Source: Candidatus Peribacteria bacterium (GTDB lineage Bacteria; Patescibacteriota; Gracilibacteria; Peribacterales; Peribacteraceae). From it: a stretch of 28,468 bases of DNA. Position 1 is the first letter of the stretch, and each line of letters begins with the position of its first letter. The stretch spans positions 1-28,468 of the forward strand of contig JBEPVF010000016.1 in NCBI GenBank assembly GCA_041691135.1, written 5' to 3'. The translations under genes were made by a program, and so were the position numbers. Below the pieces are notes generated by a model. That model was not told the origin of the DNA and did not search any database. It saw only the letters and a program-made list of their open reading frames with translations. Below, piece by piece: positions 9,088 through 16,086 of this stretch.

Positions 9088-9232
9088 TATGTGAAGCGGA
9101 TACCGTTCAGTTTCATCTTTTCCGAATGATCGTCGGTTCCCTCGGATTCGTCAGTTTCCTCTCCACTACTCAAAAAATAATAATAAGGACATTGTCTCCT
9201 CGAGCCACATCTGCTACTGTCTGCAAAATACC

Positions 9233-10282
9233 ATGACGAGCACCTCTCCCGCTCCGGCTTCGAAGAATCCCAAGGACTTCGTCATCGCCACCATGGGCAG
9301 CCACAGTGCGCTCCAGATTCTGAAGGGCGCGCGCGACGAAGGGATGCGCAATCTCGTCATCTGTAAAAAGGGAAAGGAAAAACCCTACCAGAGCTACGGT
9401 GTTGCCGACGAGATTATCCTGATCGACGACTGGTCGAAGTGGGATGACGCATTGGAAGCTGAGTTGCAGAAGCGCAACGCGATCATGATTCCACATGGCT
9501 CGTTTGTGGCGTATCTGGGACCTGAACGCATCTGCAAGCTCAAGACGATGTATTACGGTACCAAAGAGATTCTTAAGTGGGAGAGCGACCGTACGATGGA
9601 GCGCGAATGGCTTCTCAAGTCCAAACTGCAACTGCCGCGCGTGTTCGAAAAGCCGGAAGACATCGACCGTCCGGTGATCGTCAAATTCCACGGAGCCGGC
9701 GGCGGATTCGGCTACTTTGTCGTCAAATCGGCCGAACAATTCTACGAAGTGAAGAACCGCAAATACCCGGATGAGCATGACTTTGTGATCCAGGAATACA
9801 TCGTGGGTGTGCCGGTCTACATTCATTACTTCTACTCACCGATCACGGGTGAACTCGAGATCATGAGCTTGGATAAGCGCTACGAATCGAATGCCGACAG
9901 TATCGGCCGCATCCGCGCCGAGGATCAATTGGCCGCCAATATCCACACCAGCTACACCATCGTCGGCAACATGCCGCTGGTCATCCGTGAATCGATGCTG
10001 CCGGAGCTGTTCGATATGGGGCAGAATGTAGTGAATGAGAGCCAGAAATTGTGCGGCAAAGGCCTGTTCGGTCCGTTCTGCCTGGAGACGATTGTGACGC
10101 GCAAGCTGCAGGTGATTGTGTTCGAAATCAGTGCTCGCATCGTGGCCGGCACGAATCCGTTCATCGAAGGATCGCCGTACACGGCGCTGAAGTACGATGT
10201 GCCGATGTCCACCGGTCGCCGCATCGCGCGCGACATCAAGCAGGCTATCGAGAGTGGGAGGCTGGCGGAAGTGCTTGGATGA
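9233..10282 (+). CDS. purP: PurP-family ATP-grasp FAICAR synthetase (formate-dependent AICAR formylation)
   Basis: IATMGSHSALQILKGARDEG, IPHGSFVAY, LKWESDR, RYESNADS, GPFCLET and FEISARIVAGTN are characteristic of archaeal PurP. Confidence 0.88.
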   Translation: MTSTSPAPASKNPKDFVIATMGSHSALQILKGARDEGMRNLVICKKGKEKPYQSYGVADEIILIDDWSKWDDALEAELQKRNAIMIPHGSFVAYLGPERICKLKTMYYGTKEILKWESDRTMEREWLLKSKLQLPRVFEKPEDIDRPVIVKFHGAGGGFGYFVVKSAEQFYEVKNRKYPDEHDFVIQEYIVGVPVYIHYFYSPITGELEIMSLDKRYESNADSIGRIRAEDQLAANIHTSYTIVGNMPLVIRESMLPELFDMGQNVVNESQKLCGKGLFGPFCLETIVTRKLQVIVFEISARIVAGTNPFIEGSPYTALKYDVPMSTGRRIARDIKQAIESGRLAEVLG

Positions 10283-10375
10283 ATTTTTGAGCATGGTGGC
10301 AATACTCAAAGAGCGTGACCGTCCAATCCTCCATTCTTCATTCTCAATTTCAGCTCCTATCCCTACACTTCTTCC

Positions 10376-11509
10376 ATGGATTCCACCTCCCTCCTTTCCG
10401 GTTACGATCAGAAGAAGCTGACGGTGGGAGTGCTCGGTGGCCATAGCGCGTTGGACGTATCGAGCGGCGCAAAGAAGCATGGGTTCACCACGCTGACTGT
10501 GGCGCGGAAGGGCCGCGAAAAAACGTATACGGAGTACTACCGGACGCGCGAAGACCGGGGCTGTGTCGACGAAACAATTGTGCTCGATTCTTTTCAGGAT
10601 ATCCTCAAGCCCGAGCATCAGAAGACGCTGCGCAAGAAGAATACGATCTTCGTCCACAACCGGTACTTCTGGGTATACTTCGACGATTTTTCCAAGGTGG
10701 AAAACGAGTTCGAGGTGCCGATCTTCGGCTCGCGGACGCTGCTCAAGCTCGAAGAGCGCAATCAGCCGTACAATCAGTATCATCTGCTGAAAGATGCAGG
10801 AATCCGCACGCCGAAAGTCTACGACAATCCGGATCACATCGATGGGCTGTGCATCGTGAAGGCGGCGGAGGCGGCGCGCAGCTACGAGCGGGCGTTCTTC
10901 CTGGTCACCGATAAAACAACGTGGCTTACCGAAGGATCGCGGTTGGAAGTGGCCGGCAAGATCAGCAAGGGCTGGGAGAATGCGCTGATCGAAGAATTTA
11001 TCATCGGCGCGCACGTAAACTTCAATTTCTTCTACTCGCCGCTCACGGGAGAACTCGAATTACTGGGTACTGACATACGGCGGCAGACCAACCTCGATGG
11101 CTTTCTGCGCATGACGGCCGATCAGCAGCTGAAGGCCCTGACGTATGCGGATGTGAAGATGATCGAGACGGGACATCAGATCTGTACGGTGAAGGAATCC
11201 ATTCTGGAAAAAGCATTTGAACTCGGCTGGAAGTTCGTGAAGGCGACGCAGAATCTGCCGAAGGAGCTGGATCCATCCGGAAAGGGGATCGTAGGACCGT
11301 TCGCGCTGCAAGGCGCAGTCGTCGCGGACGAAGGCAAAGAAGATATCGTTATCTTTGATGTCAGCTTCCGCATCCCCGGTTCACCGGGTCTGGCTGCCAC
11401 GCCGTACATGCAGTACCTCTACGGCAAACCGATGAGCGTCGGCGACCGCGTGGGCATGGAAATCCGCAATGCGGTGGACGCCAACTGTCTGGAGAAAATC
11501 ATTACATGA
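10376..11509 (+). CDS. PurP-like ATP-grasp paralog (DUF1246/DUF1297 family)
   Basis: GGHSALDVSSGAKKHGF, ERAFF, TDIRRQTNLDG, ETGH..CTVKES, GPFALQG and FDVSFRIPGSPG. TACACT 6 nt before the ATG. Confidence 0.85.
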   Translation: MDSTSLLSGYDQKKLTVGVLGGHSALDVSSGAKKHGFTTLTVARKGREKTYTEYYRTREDRGCVDETIVLDSFQDILKPEHQKTLRKKNTIFVHNRYFWVYFDDFSKVENEFEVPIFGSRTLLKLEERNQPYNQYHLLKDAGIRTPKVYDNPDHIDGLCIVKAAEAARSYERAFFLVTDKTTWLTEGSRLEVAGKISKGWENALIEEFIIGAHVNFNFFYSPLTGELELLGTDIRRQTNLDGFLRMTADQQLKALTYADVKMIETGHQICTVKESILEKAFELGWKFVKATQNLPKELDPSGKGIVGPFALQGAVVADEGKEDIVIFDVSFRIPGSPGLAATPYMQYLYGKPMSVGDRVGMEIRNAVDANCLEKIIT

Positions 11510-11513
11510 CCGT

Positions 11514-11549
11514 CCGCCTGCCCCGCATGGGGCAGGCGGTGGCGGTTTT
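11514..11549. terminator. Hairpin between convergent genes
   Basis: CCGCCTGCCCC-GCAT-GGGGCAGGCGG perfect 11-bp stem; TTTT at 11546-11549. Confidence 0.6.
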
Positions 11550-11940
11550 ACGATGGGGTCGCCGGCTTCGTGGCTGGTGGCTGAACATGCGCGAGAGCCT
11601 CCTCACGATTTCGGCTGATATGGAACCGCCGATCGAAACTTGTGGTTCGAAAGAGCTGGTATGGCACCTCCGAGATGTTGTAGAGCGACAGTTTGCCGCC
11701 ACTTCTCTCGACGCGCCCCTTCAGGAGAATCAACTGGGAGAGACAGTCTGACGAGAGCAGACAAACTTCCTCCAGATCCAGTGTAACTCTCAAGAGCTGA
11801 TCGTCAGGAAACAGTTTGTTCAACTCCGCGAACGCCGGCCGGGTTGCGCTAGTGTCAAAAAGATGACGGACTTTGCAGCGGAAATTGAAGACGTCCTCTG
11901 GGGTACCAGGGTTCGCTGTCCAGTAATGCAACTTTTCCAC
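11548..11940 (-). CDS. STAS-domain anti-sigma factor antagonist-like protein
   Basis: VTLDLEEVCLLSSDCLSQLI...GGKLSLYNISE...LFRTTSFD...REEAL pattern; GTG start preceded by AGGAG. Confidence 0.8.
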   Translation of the reverse strand: MEKLHYWTANPGTPEDVFNFRCKVRHLFDTSATRPAFAELNKLFPDDQLLRVTLDLEEVCLLSSDCLSQLILLKGRVERSGGKLSLYNISEVPYQLFRTTSFDRRFHISRNREEALAHVQPPATKPATPS

Positions 11941-12025
11941 GATAGTTTCTCCTAAAGACCTGAAGCGACTAGTAAAACCGCCTTATAGTTACCATAGATA
12001 CCCAGAAGATCTTGTCAATTATTCC

Positions 12026-12388
12026 TTACTTCGCTGAGCTCTTCATCGTACTCACAAGCGAACACGTCACTCCTTCGTCCTCGCCAGTATCGTTACAGCC
12101 GGGGAGCGGCTGACACTGCGTTGCGAGGCCGTTGCTGTACAGAATGTAGCCAGTCTGCTGCGTTTGGCACTGCTTCAAACATTCATTGGGTCCCACGGTG
12201 GAGCCGTCGTAGGCGTAGTCAACTTTGATGGGTGTTCCTTGGCAGGGGATGCCGCTGTCGGTCATCGCGGGGCGGCTTGGTGCCGGTGGATTGATCGGCA
12301 TGCTGGTATCGCGGAATGCCTGAAAGGCGACGATCAGCAATATGACCGAAAAGAAGACGAGCGGGATACGGCTTTGGGACGTACTCAT
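12026..12388 (-). CDS. Small membrane-anchored Cys-rich protein
   Basis: N-terminal TM, Pro-rich linker, six Cys; TATGCT 6 nt before the ATG. Confidence 0.8.
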   Translation of the reverse strand: MSTSQSRIPLVFFSVILLIVAFQAFRDTSMPINPPAPSRPAMTDSGIPCQGTPIKVDYAYDGSTVGPNECLKQCQTQQTGYILYSNGLATQCQPLPGCNDTGEDEGVTCSLVSTMKSSAK

Positions 12389-12460
12389 AGATCTAGCATA
12401 GCTTTGGTGAGCTGGAAGTTAAAGTCACGACGGTTCATCGGTACCTGATAGCCGACTATC

Positions 12461-13432
12461 TCACTGTTGAGGAGTCAGAGTTATGACCTCAGTCAGGGTT
12501 GCTTTCGATCTCGGATTCTTTCCACTCAAATCCAGCGAGAGATGTGCGATGACAGCCGTGATACTTCCCTGTGTTGCTTGGGCAAAAGCATCCGTTTTCT
12601 CGAAACACGGTTCAGGACCATCCGTGCCAACGAGCGTGGGAAGTAGGGGATCGCTGTTATAGCCAAAGATACACACTTGGTTTCCTGTGATGCTATACAT
12701 ACCGGTCAGAGTCACTTTTCCATCAAATTCAGCCGTATTTCCATTCAACGCCGTGACAATCATTCCTCCCACCTGTTTGCCCACCACTAAGTCATTTCGG
12801 TTAAAGACGTCCGTGCGATCCAGAGTCCTGTAGCTAGCTGACGGCCGATCGGTAATAACGGCGAGTAAACGGTAGCGAATTTCGGCCATTTGTCCCCTGG
12901 TGAGCAGTTGATCAAATGATGTGATGTTCGTAGGGATGGCGTGCTTATCTGCCAGATACGTAACATATACCTTGTACCAAGGCTCAGAAGCAGTGTCCGG
13001 CAACGTATCTCCTTTCTGATCCATGTCGCTCAGGACGATGATCTTTGCTGCTTCCACAAAACTAATCTGCTGCGAAGGTTTGAACGTCCCATCGGCATAC
13101 CCAGAGATGATCTTTCTGGATTTGAGCACACATACCGACGGTCCGTACCACGCATCAACGGCAACATCCGGAAAAGATTGCACCGTAAGACACCCAGAGG
13201 GATTGAAGTCGCCTGGATCCAGAATCTTTGCAAACTCTGCCCGGTTCAAGGTGCTGTCTGGGCGAAATGTGCCATCGGCATACCCACTGATGACGCCTCT
13301 CTGCTGCAAGTATTCGATTGCCTGTGCATTGGCATGCGTGGAAAGGACATCCGAAAATGCAGCGAATGCCGTGCTCTGGGAAACAAGCCATAGCCCAAGG
13401 CTGGCACTTGTTATGAAGGCGGAGCGTGTCAT
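12461..13432 (-). CDS. S-layer homology (SLH) domain protein (start re-called at MTRSAF)
   Basis: Signal peptide, then FSDV...GVISGYADGTFRPDSTLNRAE, FPDV...IISGYADGTFKP and a third unit ending LTRGQMA. Confidence 0.88.
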   Translation of the reverse strand: MTRSAFITSASLGLWLVSQSTAFAAFSDVLSTHANAQAIEYLQQRGVISGYADGTFRPDSTLNRAEFAKILDPGDFNPSGCLTVQSFPDVAVDAWYGPSVCVLKSRKIISGYADGTFKPSQQISFVEAAKIIVLSDMDQKGDTLPDTASEPWYKVYVTYLADKHAIPTNITSFDQLLTRGQMAEIRYRLLAVITDRPSASYRTLDRTDVFNRNDLVVGKQVGGMIVTALNGNTAEFDGKVTLTGMYSITGNQVCIFGYNSDPLLPTLVGTDGPEPCFEKTDAFAQATQGSITAVIAHLSLDLSGKNPRSKATLTEVITLTPQQ

Positions 13433-13530
13433 GAATGAGGGGGTATACGAGAAGTGTAACAGATGGCAGCCGCCACCGGAGATATAATTCAGTGGCGAAC
13501 TCATATGAACTCGTTATGATGTCCCGGCTT

Positions 13531-13605
13531 GGGGTTGTAGCTCAATGGTAGAGCACCTGCTTTGCAAGCAGGGGGTTAGGGGTTCGAGTCCCCTCAACTC
13601 CACCA
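13531..13605 (+). tRNA. tRNA-Ala(TGC)
   Basis: GGGGTTG/CAACTCC acceptor with G3-U70, CCTGC-TTTGCAA-GCAGG anticodon arm, TTCGAGT T loop, encoded CCA. Confidence 0.97.
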
Positions 13606-13749
13606 CGTTATATAAAGAAATACCGACTTTTTGTTTATCTGAAGAGCAAAAGTCGGTTCGAAGAAGAATAGCTCGAGCATCCAGGATTTGAACTCAGTCG
13701 AGTCCAGAGAGTTGCAATCTTTGTACAAGAGTGCGACAGATTGCTCACT

Positions 13750-13908
13750 ATGAATGATTTTAGAGAGAAGCTCCCTGCGAAATGGAAAAACTACGATTTC
13801 ACGAATGCCATTGGTCTTCTGCTTCTCATGCAGGAAATACAAAAACAGGAACCACTAGATGAAACTGGTGTTATAAAAATTGATGAGGATGGGACGCGAT
13901 TGTACTGA
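13750..13908 (+). pseudogene. 52-aa ORF or 3' gene remnant
   Basis: MNDFREKLPAKWKNYDFTNAIGLLLLMQEIQKQ...LY*. The frame stays open upstream apart from one TAG near 13669, which suggests a truncated gene. Confidence 0.35.
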
Positions 13909-13922
13909 ACGCTTGTGAGCTA

Positions 13923-13951
13923 TTGACAAATATAGTTTACATGTGTAATTT
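13923..13951 (+). promoter_or_regulatory. Sigma70-type promoter of the racemase leader
   Basis: TTGACA (13923-13928), 17 nt, TAATTT (13946-13951); GTG follows 7 nt later. Confidence 0.7.
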
Positions 13952-13958
13952 ACTATTA

Positions 13959-14018
13959 GTGAAAACTTCTCGCTCCTCCACAGTCTCATTCTATTACAGC
14001 CGCTCTAAACGGATGTGA
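13959..14018 (+). CDS. Putative leader peptide 1, MKTSRSSTVSFYYSRSKRM
   Basis: GTG at the predicted transcription start; TTC-TAT-TAC codons; the stop codon lies inside the antiterminator strand. Confidence 0.55.
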   Translation: MKTSRSSTVSFYYSRSKRM

Positions 14019-14044
14019 GCGGTCTTGTGCCTAATCTGAACTTC

Positions 14045-14074
14045 AAGCCCTCGCATCTGCGGGGGCTTTTTTTT
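14045..14074 (+). terminator. Attenuator terminator 1
   Basis: AAGCCCTCGC-ATCT-GCGGGGGCTT running into an 8-T tract. Confidence 0.85.
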
Positions 14075-14158
14075 ATGAAATTTCGTCCTTCACCATTACT
14101 GGCTTCGCCGACCTATTACGAACTCATCTGTGATGTGGGCGGCTACAGCTATACCTGA
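14075..14158 (+). CDS. Putative leader peptide 2, MKFRPSPLLASPTYYELICDVGGYSYT
   Basis: ATG immediately after terminator 1; the same TAT-TAC pair; four Tyr in 27 aa. Confidence 0.45.
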   Translation: MKFRPSPLLASPTYYELICDVGGYSYT

Positions 14159-14180
14159 ATTCTCCCGAATTCTCCTGAAT

Positions 14181-14206
14181 CCCCTCACATCTGAGGGGCT
14201 TTTTTT
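14181..14206 (+). terminator. Attenuator terminator 2
   Basis: CCCCTCA-CATC-TGAGGGG, then C and 7 T, ending 23 nt before the racemase ATG. Confidence 0.85.
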
Positions 14207-14229
14207 ATTTATTTTTTCTCTTCATTACC

Positions 14230-14934
14230 ATGAAATCATCCCTTGGAATCATCGGCAACGTCGGTGTTGATGGCACCGCTGAATTTTTGAAAGAGGTCAT
14301 CAAAGAATTGGATCATCAGAAAGTTGGCACACTCCCCCGCATCATTGTAGAAGGTGTTGAAGTCAATCGTGCTGACGAGAGATTGCTGCTTGTGCATGAG
14401 ACAACTCACCCTTTCAAGAAGCCGCTGCAGAACAGCGCTCAGCGACTTGCTGAGGCGGGAGCAGACATCGTTGTTTTGGCTTGCAATACCTTACATGCTT
14501 TACAGGCAGAAATACGTTCCGCTCTCTCAGGAAAACAATGCGAATTCTTCAGTCTCACAGATGCAGTTTCTGCCCACTTAGCAGAACAGGCAATACAACG
14601 TGTTGGCATTGTCGGCACAAGTGTCACTACAGGATTATTTGAGAACACATTGAGGCAGAAAAATATTCAGCAAGTTTTGCCAGAGGAGACTATTCAAAAA
14701 CAACTCAATGAATCTATTCGCCGCATCGTTACGAGTGAAGCTCGCAGCGATGAGTGGAGACACACGCAAGATGCGATAGAAAACATACGAGAAAAGGGCG
14801 CAGATGCATTTCTTATCGCATGTACGGACCTTTCCCAACTATCTATAAATTCATCAGGAATCCTCCAATTCGATTCCACTCCTATTCTTGCAAAGGGAGC
14901 AGTGAGACGGCTTATGGAAATTGATACAAACTAA
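14230..14934 (+). CDS. Aspartate/glutamate racemase-family protein (PLP-independent, RacX/YgeA-like)
   Basis: LGIIG..G N-terminus and two catalytic Cys motifs, LACNTLH and IACTDL. Confidence 0.88.
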   Translation: MKSSLGIIGNVGVDGTAEFLKEVIKELDHQKVGTLPRIIVEGVEVNRADERLLLVHETTHPFKKPLQNSAQRLAEAGADIVVLACNTLHALQAEIRSALSGKQCEFFSLTDAVSAHLAEQAIQRVGIVGTSVTTGLFENTLRQKNIQQVLPEETIQKQLNESIRRIVTSEARSDEWRHTQDAIENIREKGADAFLIACTDLSQLSINSSGILQFDSTPILAKGAVRRLMEIDTN

Positions 14935-14947
14935 AATATTATCCGTG

Positions 14948-14976
14948 AAAGCAGCCAGACTCTATGGCTGCTTTTT
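14948..14976 (+). terminator. Intrinsic terminator after the racemase
   Basis: AAAGCAGCCA/TGGCTGCTTT 10-bp stem with a T run. Confidence 0.75.
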
Positions 14977-15022
14977 CATAGACCCAAATAAATTCTGGGC
15001 AAATTTCTGATAAAATATGAAT

Positions 15023-15757
15023 ATGGCTAATCAGATACTTGTCCAGTTCAACACATTCGGTCCGCCGCTTCGGAAGGAGGAAATTCCAAGTATCCTTGGT
15101 AAGAAGCCAGAAAATCTTTTTGAGGAACATAGGAACGAGACACTGGAACATTTTTTCGGAATCCCGGCGGCTGGGTTTACTGAGGATTTACTTATACGGT
15201 TCATCGAGATCACGGATAAGGAAAGTTTTACGAGCATTGTTCCTGTCATTCAGCCGATTGTCCGTCCTTTGGTTTCAGCCAAGCGGAATTATTGTTTTGG
15301 AGACTATCCTGCTGCTATCTCTTCATGTGGCACAGCAGGAGAAATGATGGCGATTTTTCTCTGGCGTACTGCGAATATCACCCTAAAAGGACAACCTATG
15401 ACCGAGGAACATGAAACACAATTATTTGGAACCACCTTCGAGAAATTAGGCCAGGAAAGGCGTATCGACATTCTGAGTGCAATGGGAACAATCGATGAGA
15501 AGCAAAGTCAGAAATTCAACGACATCCGTGGTGTCCGTCGTCGATCTCTCCACTACTGGGAACCCTCTGAGAGCGAGCAGAAAGACGCTCTAAGAATCAC
15601 AAAAATTGCTCTTGGTCTTGCAAAAGATATCGCTGATATCCAGCTGGATGAAGGTAAAATCAAGAGCGTTAGCGCATTTCTTCTGCGGTGGTTCGACGGG
15701 CAGAAGATCGAAGAGCCCACTAAAGATTCGACACCTTCTCATCCTGCTACTTCATAA
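15023..15757 (+). CDS. HEPN-superfamily (DUF4145-like) protein
   Basis: AKRNYCFGDYPAAISSCGTAGE helix and IRGVRRRSLH (Rx4H). TGATAAAAT extended -10 lies 6 nt before ATG 15023. Confidence 0.6.
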   Translation: MANQILVQFNTFGPPLRKEEIPSILGKKPENLFEEHRNETLEHFFGIPAAGFTEDLLIRFIEITDKESFTSIVPVIQPIVRPLVSAKRNYCFGDYPAAISSCGTAGEMMAIFLWRTANITLKGQPMTEEHETQLFGTTFEKLGQERRIDILSAMGTIDEKQSQKFNDIRGVRRRSLHYWEPSESEQKDALRITKIALGLAKDIADIQLDEGKIKSVSAFLLRWFDGQKIEEPTKDSTPSHPATS

Positions 15758-15764
15758 AAGTGAA

Positions 15765-15965
15765 AGTTCGAAACTTGTCCCGACAGCTCATTGACAGTGC
15801 ATTGCCTTTTATAGTGTGAGAGTACATTTCATCATTTCTGGATCAATGAGAACGGATTTTATGAAAATCAGAGAATTCCTTAGCCCGATGAGCTTTTCTG
15901 ACTGTTCAAGTGGCTTCACTTTCTGACGGCTGTCGAGTTCGAAGTTTGTCCCGGCATCTCCACCA
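15765..15965 (+). repeat. Two 25-nt direct repeats resembling a tRNA-Ala/tmRNA 3' end (att-like)
   Basis: 15765-15789 vs 15936-15960 match 21/25; 15948-15965 matches tRNA-Ala 13588-13605 at 15/18. Confidence 0.55.
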
Positions 15966-16086
15966 TCACGAACTTCGCACAACAAAAATGCCATTTAAGG
16001 CAGAACTATGATCTTTTGTATTTTCTAGGTCTGACAAACAAATCCCCCACATCCGTGACATGGAGGTTGTTTTCTTTGTGTATACG

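Noticed and set aside
9170-11014. Long antisense ORFs over purP (and similar ones over gyrA, pgi, M23 and the Ig/FN3 gene)
   Set aside because: These are shadow frames expected from biased codon usage in GC-rich genes and carry no motifs.
13606-16086. Intact prophage or integrative element
   Set aside because: No integrase, transposase or phage genes; only degenerate att-like scars.
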